Shown: positions 23,951 through 37,124, counted from the whole stretch's first letter. The stretch: 63,754 nucleotides of DNA, filler included, from Ministeria vibrans ATCC 50519 (GCA_943704425.1; 14 parts of 14 records of this genome joined end to end with filler, not necessarily neighbours in it), one strand, 5' to 3'. Notes: generated by a model not told the origin, from the sequence alone. Translations and numbers: made by a program.

Positions 23951-25800
23951 TTATTCGATTTCGTGTTTGTTGCGCTTCTCTTCGAGCTCGTCGTACATTT
24001 TCAAACGCTTGTTGATTAATTTTGGCATTTTGCCATAGCATTTTTTGCAAATGGGTCTTTGATCCACCTGGAGCAAGAAGGAAGTAAGGGTCAGAGGTAA
24101 GTTGGAGTGAAAGTTGACACACTACATACCTCTTTGAACTTCATTCCCATGTCGCGCATGAGAAGACCGCAAAAGCCACAGGTAAAGTGTTGCTCACACC
24201 AGCACTTGTTCATCGTGCGCACCACTAAGCAAGAAGAAGAAAAAAAAAAAGAAGGGTGAGCGAGTGAGCGATCACGACACACAAAGGCAAGAAGCACGTA
24301 CGGTCGCCGCTTGCGGAATGGCTGCACACAAAGCACATCTCACCGGCCACCTGCGCGCACATTGATTCATTCTCACGGTTGATTCAAAGCGGGGCATTTG
24401 TACCTGCTGGTAGTGCAAACGGCAAAAGGCCTGTCCTTTGTGCACGTAAAAACGTGCCCCCGAAAAGGGCTTCTCGCATTTGGCACACATAAAATGCTAC
24501 GGAGGCGAGCCCAGTGTGAGTAGACAACTCGAGGTTTCAATTAAGCTGCGCGTTTGTGTGTACCTCAGGATGAAACTTCTTCCCAAGCGCCGATACACTG
24601 CGACCCTCCTCAATGGGCTTGCGACACGCACCGCAGATGGGCACCCCTGCGTAGTGGAAGTCCTTTGCACAGTAAAACCGTCCCTCAAAGTGCTGCACAA
24701 CATGAAACAAATTAAAATATAAATCCAGTCAGTCAAGTATCGACTTTTCTTGGTACAAGTGTGCTGTTACCTTTCCCGTTGAATCGAGCTTCTCGTTGCA
24801 AATGGTGCACAGCTTGTGGTGTGCGTGTACCGTCAGATTGTTGTACTGGAGAAGGTCGCTGGGACTTACAATCTCCTTGCGACACTCCGAGCAAATTGTG
24901 CGAGTGTCTACATAACAACCACACCATTACAATTAAGGAATGTAGATTTTGTATGTTTCGTGACATACAAACACACATACATATACACACACAGCCTCAT
25001 GCATACACACATACATACATATACACACACAGCCTCATGCATACACACATGCATACATATACACACACAGCCTCATGCATACACACATACATACATATAC
25101 ACACACAGCCTCATGCATACACACATACATACATATACACACACAGCCTCATGCATACACACATACATACATATACACACACAACCCCTCACAGACAGTT
25201 TGGGGTCTTTGCACAGAGACAGTGATGCACAATCATTATTCATGTTCAGTCAAAGCCGTGCACTATACCATACCTACAGTCATCGGCTGGACAGCACACG
25301 TGTTGCAAATGGGCACACCGTCACGACGCGTGTAGTCGCGCGAAGCAAGCGAACACTGACACAGGTTGCAGACAAAGTGATCCGGATGATACTACAAAGA
25401 GAGAAAGAAAAAAAGAAATTAACGAATGTGGACGCTCGATATGGAATTTGGCGTGAACACCATCAACTGTACGCTCAGTCTCATTAAATCGGTTTTGGAA
25501 TGGAATATCGCCACGGTGTTTTTGGTACGATTACAGAGGTTCATCACTGCTCAAGTGCAACATAAAAAGTACAATGTTCGTCTGTTTACCTTGAGACCTC
25601 CAGAGCCAAGTACAAATTTCCCCACAATCGATTCGCCACAACTTGAACACTGCAAGGGCGAAAAGAAGAATTTTGAAGGTGAGAAAGAGAAAACTTGCGT
25701 TTGGGGTTGTGCTGACCTTGGGACCAAACAGAGTGAGAAAGTCCTCTTCGCAATAGTGACGTCCTACACAACAAACACATCAGCAGCGACTCGACGCCGT

Positions 25801-25834
<34 letters not shown>

Positions 25835-26332
25835 CTTCGTGTTCAAAGAAGACATCGTCCGGGAACTCGCGAAAGCACTGGACACACACGAAACACTGAT
25901 CGTGCCAAGCCTGCAAGATGCGAAAACGATGGGACGTCAACGAAAGACAGCGCAGTGCAGATCGCGCCGCTCCAGCCACATACACACATCACTGGGATCA
26001 TGGTAGGCAAATTACAACGGAATAACCCCATCAAATGCGCGCCAAATCGCCTTAAGAGGAGGAACGCGTTTTATTTTTAAAAAAAAGAAGAAAAAAAAAA
26101 GAAAAAAAATGGAAAGCGTGAAAGGATGAAGAAGGCGGGCGAGGCATCCACATACAATGCCAATAGACCCCAAGCAGGCCCGACGCCACGCGCAGGTGAC
26201 GTCAATGGCTTCCTGTGACGTCTTTTTCCTCTTTTTTTTCTCTCTCTCTCTTCATACGTAATCGTCAACTTCGACAATTTCTTCTTCGTGCGATAGGTCT
26301 CCTCTACACACTGTGCATCGAAGAGCACTCAT
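23951..26332 (-). CDS. LIMS1: PINCH/LIMS five-LIM-domain adaptor (ILK-PINCH-parvin complex), multi-exon
   Basis: [61 protein letters not shown], and C-terminal [19 protein letters not shown] matching the PINCH tail PVCKKCYEKFPLELKKRLK. Confidence 0.93.
24970..25183. repeat. Intronic 38-bp minisatellite x~5.5
   Basis: tacacacacagcctcatgcatacacacatacatacata repeated. Confidence 0.9.
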
Positions 26333-26770
26333 CGTGTGCAGCAAAGAATAAAATTAAAATTAAAAATAAAATAATTTGAAAATTCTAAATAGAAAATAAA
26401 ATAATATAAACTTTTTGGAGTTAGTCCGTGGCGGAAGCATTGTATTACTCTCTTTTATATGTGTATTAATATCTCTCTCTCTCTCTCTCCTTTTTGAGTA
26501 AACTTTTCGACTTCATTTATTCCTAAATATTATTAATAATTATTTTTGTGTTTGTTTTACACAGTTTACCACTGCAAGGGCCTCGAAGACCAAAACATCC
26601 ACTTCAACTTTTAAATTTTTTGTTTTTTTTATTGAATTTTATTATTTTAAATGGGTTGAGTGAGTGACCTTTGTGGATCGGGTTCTGTTACATGTTGTGT
26701 AATCCAAATTGAAATCATGATACAATAATTGTTACACGATTGTTATATATACAGTCCGCTCACATTCTAT

Positions 26771-29700
26771 TCAGTTGTCGTGCAGATGAATCTTGCGGAG
26801 CTTCTTGCGACTCGGGATATGGATGGGACCAATGAGAAGTCGACTGACGCCGAACATGATCATAAGAGTGATAATAAAAAGAATCATCACCGCAAAGCGG
26901 AGCATCGCCGTCTCCACCTCAACCCAACTGGAAAACAGCAAAAAAAGAAAAATAAAGTAAAAGAGAAGGAGAAACACCGTTATGCATTGTAGTGAGCTTG
27001 TTGCCTTCAACAACAGACTCCTGATGATGTACCTTCCGTGCAAGTTGATGAGCAGAAAGAAAAAGTTAAGGGTGACAATGTCAGCAAGGATAAGCACCAC
27101 CAGAAAGAGGCTCATGGCGGGTACGGAGAGCGTACGGGCGACTGCCTGGAAGGTACAGGTGACAACAAAAAAAGGAATGAGATACTTAAAAAAGATGAGC
27201 GACGCCGTGACGAGCCACGCCGAGCTGTGCGAATCGGTGAAGAACCGCCCGAGAATGTCATCATCGAGCACAAACAGCGCGTCTACATCGCCCTGACCAA
27301 AAAATATAGCGGCAATGAGCACAAGGAAGAAGACGGCAGGCCGTGTGTCGTGCGAACTCAACGGACGCAATTCGACCTGGCGCTCTGCCAGCAGTGCCGT
27401 CGGCACCAGTGGCTGTGCGTAGTAGGAGGGCGAGGCGCTGGAGACAGCGACGGCGGTGGCGGCGGCGGTGGTAGGCGACAATGACGACGACGGCGACGAC
27501 GAGTCGAGGGAACCAGCGCGTCCACCCAAGAGAATGCCTGTGCGCGATGGCGATAGCTTGTGCTCAAGGATGAACCAGGTGTAGCAGAAGGCAAGGACCA
27601 CGTTGAGGAAGACAGCCTCGTGCGACACAGAGAGCAGGATGTAGGGAGCCGCAAAGCCCAAGCCGACATGCAGCATGCGACTGAGGTAATAAGGGGAGGC
27701 AAACAGTGGAATGATGGGGGGCACGGTGAGCAGAATCCACGCCAGCATCTGATTAACAAAGGGCAGAGGGCGGCCCTCGGCAATGGCAATGCGCGTGCTG
27801 CGCTCAACCACCAAACACAGCAGAATGAGCGCACACTGAACGACGGCAAGCGCAATGGTGGCGCGACGAGCGATGCGACAGCGACGCTGCTGAGCCAGCG
27901 TCTTGGGCAGCACATGAAAGTAGGGCAGGTAAATGAGAATAAGTGCAATAGTGCACAGCAGCACGGTACCCAGCTCGAGCGTACGCGGGCTCACATGCAA
28001 GGGCAACAGTGGGAAGACGCCCAAGGCGACCACCGAGAAGGTCCAGCCAAGTAGAATGTCGAGTTCGTCGCGTCGCCACAGACGCGTCGTTACAGGGTAG
28101 AGGAGCAGCACGATGAGCGCAAGCACAACGAGACCGCGTCGGTAGAAGCAGGCGACAATGAGCTCGGCGACAACAATGGCAAGGAGTGAGAGGCGCGCGG
28201 CACTGACGCCCGCGATGCGCTGGCCACGAATATACACGATGGCGTCGTACAGGATAAAGCGTCGCTTGGCGACCTCCGCCAGTAGCCCCACCGGCACCGC
28301 CAGATAGAGGTAGTACGAGAAGGGAGCGCACACGCGGTATAGCAAGAAACAGCCGGCGACAAAGACGGCAATGGCAACGCCCGTGACCCACAGGTCCGAT
28401 CCAATGTGCTGTCCGCGCATCTGCTGCTGCAAAAACTCCCGGTAGTTGTGGTACACCGTGATGCCCGTGTAGTGCCGAAACACAAACATGGTGGCGAGCA
28501 TCATCCAAGCAACCATGCCCAATCCAATCAGTGTCATGAGCAGTGGTCGATCTTGGCCCAGCAGCAGACCAATGCCCTCGACACCGTGACGTGCCACCTG
28601 TGTACACAGCGTCTCGGCACGCAACCACTCACCGTCGCCTGCGTGGCGCAGTGCCTCGCCCAGCAGCGACGCATCCCTTCCCTCAGCCAGTGGCTCGTGC
28701 ATCAGGCCGCGCACAGACTGCGCAATGTAGCGCACTGACGCACGATGCTGATGAAATGCAGCGATTTGCCAAGCGTTCAGACACACACGGCGCACACGCT
28801 CGTCGTCACTGAGACCCCTCAGAAGCGCTGTTGGTAGCACACCTAAATTCTTCGAGGGAATGGGAGTGCCCAGCAGTGTTGCCACAAGGGGCACAACGTC
28901 AATGAGTCGAATGGGCGCGTGTGCTTCGTTCGGTGCCATTCCATCGGTTTCACACAGCGTTCGTGATGAAGGATTGCGCGAGCCGTCCGCACGGCGGTTG
29001 TCCCAGCACAAGAGCGGAAAGTGCGTTGAGCCACCACGACCAGGCGATCCGGACACAACAAAGGCGGTGTCGGTGAAGTTGGAAAAACGTTTGGCAACGG
29101 CCGCGTGCAGCGCTCCAAGTGCTTCGTCAAGCACCAGTGTATGCTGTTGAGAGCACGCTTCAGGTAGTCGTGCATGAATATAATACAAAGTACTCTCCTC
29201 CTCGTTCTCCTCATCGCTATCGACACCACCACCATCATCATCAGCAGCAGCACGACGAGGATCTTGACTATACTCTTGAGAAAAGTAGCGGGTGGCCAAT
29301 CGGATGGGCTCAAGATCACCGTCGCCACCGGCCTTGTTAGGCGTCGCGAACTTGCGAAGAGTGCTTCGCGCGTCAAACGCATCTGCGATCGTTGCTGGAG
29401 CCCATAGGATGGCGCGAGGCACATGTTCCAATATGGTATCGTCTGCCTTGGGGACGGCGCGCAAATTCACCCAGAGAGGACCGAGCGACGACACGCCGTC
29501 GTGGTCGTTGCCTTTGAGGATGGTTGTGTCACCCGGCAGCGACCCGGCCTGCGACACGGCCATGGCCGGCTGTATACGACGCAAGAAGGTCAGAGACTCG
29601 TCGATGGCTATGGAATGCTGCGCAGGCGCGCCTCTAGCGGGGTCAACCGACGCGACACGGTCGTGTCCAGATGTAACATGCTTTCTCACATCATCGCCGT

Positions 29701-29981
29701 CGTCTCCGTGACGAAAAAGCACGCGCTCGTCCATGGCTTCAATGACAACAAACACGACTCGCCGCTTTAGACTGTCCAGCGAGCGCACAACACCCGGCGA
29801 CGGCGACTGCGCAAGGTACAGATCGTCTAGAATAAATCGGTGGTCAATACAGCGACGAAAAGGGAAACCCCAACGCGTGATCCATACGTATTGAAAAGGC
29901 ATAGAGTACGTGAATGGCAAGACCAATCAGTAACAGGATCGGTGCGCTATATCGAGGCTGTCTCGAAAAGACGAACACCAT
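26771..29981 (-). CDS. PIGN: GPI ethanolamine-phosphate transferase PIG-N/Mcd4-like membrane protein with degenerate catalytic site
   Basis: Exon 1 LLLIGLAIHVLYAFSI|HDLYL.SP, RVVFVVI, DVVPLVATLLGTPIPSKNLGVLP, NAWQI, LLSVSHEAVF, IFFGQG, IPFFVV...DIVTLNFFFL...G|SW. Introns 29887-29827 and ~27032-26928. Confidence 0.85.
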
Positions 29982-30027
29982 GTAAAAAATAATGAAAAAG
30001 TATTATCAATGAATACGACGAGACTAT

Positions 30028-30195
<168 letters not shown>

Positions 30196-30471
30196 TATTG
30201 TGCTGCTCTTTGTTTTGTATATAGTTTTGTTTTGACATTGAGTACAGCTCTCGATTCTCTATTTATTTTCCTATTATTATTATTATTATTATTATTAGTG
30301 GGGAAATCGCAGAATGCACACCCAAAAAATTCAGAATCGCAGAATGTAATAATAATATTTGGGTCAATTTTCGTGAGAAGTTTATTATTGCAGGGACTTT
30401 AAACTCTTATTACAAATTAATATTATAATAATAATAATAATAATTCATTTTAATCTTATTTACAAAAAAAA

Positions 30472-30752
30472 TCATCGCTTGGGCTTCTTGGCACCTCGAG
30501 GAATTGGTCCTGATCGAATGGCGCGAATAGTTAGATTGCTAGGATGAACGGGAGGCTCGACAATGCCGACGGATGGGCCCGCCGTGCCAAGTGGGCCTGG
30601 TGAAAACATGCCAGACACAACGTTGAAGTAGAGTGGCGGGGGTGGAGGTTGCAGAGCGTCTGATGATGACGTGGACGATGCTGCAGCTGCTGCTGCAGAC
30701 GCTGCTTTTGGTCTTTTCTGCTTCGCAAGAGCTGGCCTGGACAGACTTTGCC

Positions 30753-30787
<35 letters not shown>

Positions 30788-32786
30788 AGTTGTGAAGGAC
30801 CAGGCCGAGTATAACTGGACGTGGCATGACGCCCGCCTCGCTTCGCTCTGCCACGACCACCACGTCGTGCCATCGTACTCATGGTCGACTGGTGATGTGG
30901 TGGTACAGCATATCCGGAGGGCGTCATCGAGTAGTCAGGTACATAATGCGGTGGAAAGTGGTGGTTGACGCCGCCGACGGAAGACTCGCTGGTGGCGCCC
31001 GTGCTGCCATCGGGGTAGTAGACCCTGGGAGGTGCTCCACCTGCCGTCACACTGTCGTGGTACCATTCGGAGTAAGCGGACGCGTACGGATCGTCAGCAA
31101 AAGAAGGCGGTTCGGGAGGCACAGGCGACGTTGGCAATGAATCACCTCCAACGGAAAGCAGTGGGCTGGGCGAACGGTGCATTTCGTCGCCGTCACCGTC
31201 TATGTCGATAAACGACGAAAGGGGTCTCTTTTTCTTCTTCGATGCTCTTGACGACACGGGCTCTGTAGGTACGGCGGCAGGGTCAACAGCGGAGTGAAAT
31301 TTTTGTGCTGGCTTTCGCTGACGCACCAACGGGCCAGCAGTGTGGTCGGCGGACGCGTGGCTGGCTGAGGTGGACAGGCGGATCGCATTTTGCAGCTCTT
31401 CCTCGTCAAATCCCTCTTCATCGTAGCGATAGTCCTGCATGTTGTCAAGCCGTGCGTTTAGAGTGCCCTGTCCGCCGAGTGTCCTGGGCTTTGAGCCCCC
31501 TTTGCCATGAACCATCTCTTGGTACTCGTTGAAGCCCACATGGCCACTTGCCAGCTCGTAACTAATGCCCTCGTAGTCGTCGTCTTCGTCATAGTTGTCA
31601 ATGTCAATCTCTTCGTCCTCGCCCTCGTCAATCTCTTCCTCGTACTGATCATGATCCCACCTCACTTTCGGCGACTTCTTTGCACGCGTCGACACAAACG
31701 ACTCACCAAAGTCCTTCTTGCGATTTTTCGAACCGGGTGGCCGCCCGAGACGCTTCTTCGCCTTTGATGGCCTCGGTGGCTTGGATGTCTTGGGTGCCTT
31801 AACTCGTGCGGGCTTTGGCGGCTTTGGCGGCTTTGGTACCTTGACTGGTTTGGGTTCGCGGACTTTTTTTACCCGCACTGCAGCGAACACCTGCGGCGCC
31901 TCGGGCACCTCCACAACAGGAATGTAGCGTGTTTGGGGTCGCACCAAGATTGGCTGAAAAAAAAAAGAACAACGTAGAATAACCATGAGAGAGTTGAGCG
32001 CGCGTTTATTTGATGTATGGGAGAGATGGATAGACAGGAGGGGACAGTCAGAGAGAACAAGATAGTAGATACACACGAGAAAAAAAATTAATTGTATAAT
32101 TATTATTTTTACCATGACCGAGACGCGGCGGAGTTGTGGTTTGATGAAGGTGACAAATGGTGAGGCGGGGTCGGACGAGGATACTTCCCAAGGGCCAGTG
32201 CCCATTTGGGTGAAGCTTGAGGGCGGAAAGACAACTTCGGGTCCACCAACGTCGATGAGATCCTCTGTCTCGAGATGAGGTGAAGCGGCAGACTCTGCAC
32301 CGTTGGGTGTTGCAGAGAACGCAGCAGTATCTGCATCTGTCGTTGCAAGCGGGGGTAAGAGTGGCTGTGGTGCTGTTGGTGACAATGGCATTGCTGCTGG
32401 CGTCTCTGCGGGTGCGATTGTTGGGGAAGCTTCTGTGCGGACCGACCAGAGTTGGCGGAAGCTCTTGATGAGTTTTTCTTGCTCTTGTACATGTTCAAGC
32501 GAGGTTTTGAGTTCCTCAGTGCACTAAAAAGAGGAAGACAAAAGTAAAACATGATTGAAATTACCTCAATTGTTATTACCGTTTCAAGTTGAATTGGACA
32601 GAAGGGATCGGTGAAGCGTGCGAGAGAAACCAGAATTGAGCGATAGGCGTCCTCATTGTCACAGGTGCGTTTCTGCATTAGAGTCACGTTCAGTCGCGTT
32701 TCAGGTTTCGTTTCCATTACCTTGACATTGTTCAGCCAGTCAATGAGCGTCGCGACTCGATTTTGAGACAGAACAAGCCTCTGTGT
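30472..32786 (-). CDS. Hypothetical nuclear protein with AT-hook-like, UIM-like, RGG and polyQ segments; 5'-truncated
   Basis: KKRLGRPPGSKNRKK, DEEELQNAIRLS, RRGGRGRAKRGG, Q-run, basic C-terminus; several GT-AG introns. Confidence 0.6.
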
Positions 32787-32819
32787 CTATTCATTTCAAC
32801 CAAAAAAATTAATTAGTAT

Positions 32820-32852
<33 letters not shown>

Positions 32853-32879
32853 TATTAATAATAATTATTATTATTATTA

Positions 32880-32981
<102 letters not shown>

Positions 32982-33603
32982 NNNNNNNNNNNNNNNNNNN
33001 NNNNNNNNNNNNNNNNNNNNNNNNNTTAATTAATTAANNNNNNNNNNNNNNNNNNNNNNNNNNNNNNNNNNNNNNNNNNNNGGGGGGGCAGGAGAGGGAG
33101 AAGACGGGGAATTTGGTAAGGGGAGGATAGGATGAAAGGAAGATGAAAGAAGAGGATAGGGAGTATAGAGCTAGGGAGGAGGAAGGGAGGTGGCGGTGGC
33201 GCGGTGCGCACACACTGCAACTCAGGCATTGACACCTGCAAATCAATAGAGACGCGAATCTTACTATTACTTAACTATTACTATCTACGTATCATCGATG
33301 TCGTTGAAGTCTCGACACTGGCGAAGTGACCCTCACTCTGTCACGGTTCGACAAATTCGAATTCCGGACTTTGACCTGGTACCTCGTAAATCCGACAAAA
33401 AAGTCGCTCTAGGGGCTCGAAATGGCCTTGATTTAGCACCTAATACCGGAGATAACGACACGGTGGTCTCCGCGCGAAGAACAGGGGTTAAAAAGTGCTC
33501 AAAAATCGAGAAAAAAAAATGAAACAAAATGAACGAAAATTCTGAAACTCTACACTTTCATACAATATTTTATCACCGTACATCTCTCAAATCTCATGTT
33601 GGA

Positions 33604-35185
33604 TCATTGGCACAGATCGTCGTCAAGGTGCTCAACAAACTCATTGTCCTCCTGCGCTTGCGCATACAACAGGGCCGCCCGTATGCCAGCGGTTGATCGC
33701 CGGCTCCGAGTGCCTTGGCCGCCTGGCAGGCCGGAGGCAGGCGGAGGTACTGCGCCGGAGTCGTCTGGCTGGCGGCCAGCGCCACCTTCGACTGACTCAG
33801 GTGCTGGAGACTGCGTGGGCGGTTGACGTGGAGCATTTGCCGGTACCGCGCGTCGCATGCGTTGCCGATCATCTTCGAGAATGCCACAGACAGATTGCAC
33901 GGCGTCGCCCTTGACACGATCCAACTCCTCGCTCGTCAGCTGCGTGCCCCCTGAAGTCGAGTTGGCAGGTACAGCCTTGCACACGGTGATAACGGCCGAC
34001 AGAGTGACTTTGTCGACCAGGTCGAGCGCGCCATCTTTGCGCGCCCGACCACCGTGCGATCCACGCGGTGCAGGCGCGCCAATTTTCACAGTGTCCTCTC
34101 CACTCGTCTCAATCGCGTGAGACCGCCACATAAGTGCCCTCTCGAGATCTGTTTTGTCCAGCGCCACACTGCCCTCGGCGAGCTCCGTGTCGAGGTATCC
34201 TGACATCTCACTGTAGGCAATCATCACGGCCTCCCTCGTCGTCGCACCCGCGTCCAGTGACACCGCGTCAATGCTCACCGATTTTACCGAGCGTCGGCCG
34301 GCCTTTTCCGCTCCACCTGCATTGATGCCTTTCTTTGTCATGTGCACGACTGTCCCGAAGCCAATGCGAAACGTTCTCGCGCCTGTTGCCCGCGCCGCGG
34401 CGTCGCTCTCAACCTCAAACAAAATCGCAATGACGCTTCCCAGACGCAAAACGTTGGTTTGCGAGCGCGCGAGTACACGCAGCTCCGCCCGCACCCGCGA
34501 GAGTCGGTCCGCAATGTGAGACAATGGAGCCGAGGACGAGAGTCTGTCGCCGAGAATCTCGTCGAGCGGAGAATGGGTGACGGCACAGTCCGCACTGAAT
34601 GACGATTGTGTCGTCGGAGAAGGTCGTGATATACGGACGCTTGGGCAGCGACAACGGAGCGATCGTCTTGGCGAGGAGCTTGTCAAACTCCGCTCGCTCT
34701 GCGGCTGTCGATGGTGCAGATTCGTCGCCCGACGACTCCACGTCGAAAATCGTCGGCTTGTCGGGGGCCGGCGATTCGTCGCTCAGCGGCACGCTCGGCA
34801 TACTCGAGTCGCCTCGCATTCGCTTGGGATCATGCTCGTCGTCAAGGTGGTCCTCCGGCATAGACCTCTTCGACGGTGCCGTCTGCGCCGAGTCGCTGGT
34901 TGCGCTGTCAGTTGCTTCGTCGGCCGTGGCGCCAACAACATCTCGAGCGGGCGTCTCGCCGCCGCCGTCGCGCGACTGTGACAGGCGCTTGTGCTGCCGG
35001 GCGCTGTGGTCGCTCTCCTCGTTGGGTCGCTTGCGAGCACCACGAACATCGGAACCGCCATCATCGTTGATGTGTTTTTCAACACCGACTTCTTGTTCTT
35101 GTTCTTGTTGCACGACGACGTCGACGAGCATTTCAATCATCTCGTACAAATCGTTCTTCGAGCAGGCAGCAGCCCAACGCCGGAT
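33604..35185 (-). pseudogene. Two overlapping intronless ORFs (35185-34415 and 34686-33604), probably one frameshifted gene; possibly transposon cargo
   Basis: ORF1 is acidic/low-complexity and ends in CGLC...SHC. ORF2 becomes globular-looking from ~34510. No recognisable family. Confidence 0.35.
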
Positions 35186-35285
35186 NNNNNNNNNNNNNNN
35201 NNNNNNNNNNNNNNNNNNNNNNNNNNNNNTTAATTAATTAANNNNNNNNNNNNNNNNNNNNNNNNNNNNNNNNNNNNNNNNNNNN

Positions 35286-35361
<76 letters not shown>

Positions 35362-35380
35362 GCGGACGGCAGACACGTAC

Positions 35381-36366
35381 AATCAATGGACTAGTGTAGG
35401 CAATGGAGCACGTTCCGCCGTTGGCGCACGGAGACGACACACAGCCATCGATGATGTCACACGTCTCGCCAACGACACCATATGCTATGGAAGGGGGGTG
35501 GGAAGAACGAGAAAAAAGAGTTGATTTTTGTTTGTTGTGTTTTTTTAGGGAGGTCCAAGTACAACAGTATTGTTCTTACGGCACGAGCAGTTGAAGGAAC
35601 TGGCGAGGTCGGTACAGGTGGCGCCGTTTTGGCAAGGCGAAGAAAGACAGTAAATGGGAAACTCACAAAAGGTGCCACTGAAACCAACGGGACACGCGCA
35701 ACCCGTCGAGCTGTCTGGGGATGAGCCTGAGCCGAAACACGTCGCGCCGTTTTGACAAGGAGACGAGGCACACAAAGGTTCCTCACTGCAAAACAGCCCA
35801 GCCCAGCCTCCGGCGCACAAGCAGGACCCTGTCGTCTGGGCAACTGTCACGTTGATGGTGTCGGACAAGGGCGCACAGGCGTCGAGGACGACGGCAGACG
35901 AGAAGGAGACAGTGAGCGAGAGGGTTCCCTGCGACGAGACGGCTGTTGACGCTTCACTTGCACTCATCGCCACCGACGCAACTGAGCTCGCACACGACTC
36001 GCCGCCTTCGTCAAAGAGAGTGCGTGAAAAGCTGGCTCCTGCTGTGAGGTCCACGTAAGCGAGCGGGCCGCCAATGTCGGCCACCACCGCAACGCTTATG
36101 GTCAGTGCTTCTGCGGTGGGAACGTTTTGAAAAACCAGCGTAGCAGAGCTCGCGCCGACCGAAGCCTCGTGCGAGACGTAACCATTGAGGCACGTTGCGC
36201 CGTTTAGGCATGGCGAATTGTCGCAATATTGTGCACTTGTGGGTTTCTAAATCGGAACTCTGTCAATTTTTTTCTTTTTTTCTTTTTTTTTTTCTCTGTC
36301 TACCAAAAAAATGACGAGAAAAGCTCCCAGAAGAAGGCACACGCTCGAATGAGCCGTTGGGCTCAT
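35381..36366 (-). CDS. Secreted EGF-repeat protein whose first EGF is split by a 122-aa insert; 3'-truncated
   Basis: Exon 1 36366-36304 signal peptide MSPTAHSSVCLLLGAFLVIFL; exon 2 36246-35580 KPTSAQYCDNSPCLNGATC-[insert]-CLCAGGWAGLFC plus 2 EGFs; exon 3 YGVVGETCDIIDGCVSSPCANGGTC. Confidence 0.88.
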
Positions 36367-36618
36367 ATTCGACACTAAACAAAGAAAAGAAAAAAAAAAG
36401 AAGTGAACTGATAAGAATAAAGAATAAAAAGATTAAAGAACCGCAAATAAACAAAAGAAACAGTACCACAAAAGTCTACCAAGAAACTACCATTCAGAAA
36501 ATAGTCAAATCTACAACGCACTTGCCACATTTGATGGGTTCTCCTTCATGACGTATTGATGTCGTGTCGTACCGCGTACGTGCACGCTCTCATCTTGCTT
36601 GTCTTCCCTGCCACGGCG

Positions 36619-36868
36619 ATTGATCGATGAGTGATCCGAGTTAGAGTGATTGATTGATCGAAGAGTTATCCGAGAGAGAGTTTGAGTGAGTGATTGATCG
36701 AAGGGTGATCCAAGAGAGAGTTAGAGTGAGTGATTGATCGAAGAGTTATCCGAGAGAGAGTTAGAGCGAGTGATTGATCGAAGAGTGATCCGAGTTAGAG
36801 TGATTGATTGATCGAAGAGTTATCCGAGAGAGAGTTGGAGTGAGTGATTGATCGAAGAGTGAGCGATT
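36619..36868. repeat. Intergenic minisatellite, 34-40-bp units (gattgatcgaagagt[t/g]atccgag...gagtgagt) x~6.5
   Basis: Direct reading; no unique spacers. Confidence 0.9.
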
Positions 36869-37124
36869 TATTTGAATAGGACGATTAAGCGCGCGCAGTC
36901 TTCTTTTCTCCCCTTATAAGACTAGATGTGGATTGCGCCACACCACGCTATGTATTAAATAACGTATACTACGTGTGGCCGATTGTAAGTGAATAAACAG
37001 TGGAAGAAAAATTGAAGAAGAAGATGTTCCAAATAATTATTGATGACTAATAAATTTATTATTATTATTTTTACTGGAGGACATGATCATAGACTGAAAC
37101 TCTCGCTGAGACTTCAGTATGTTT

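Noticed and set aside
36619-36868. CRISPR-like periodicity
   Set aside because: Units are contiguous variants with no unique spacers, there are no cas genes, and the context is eukaryotic; it is a minisatellite.
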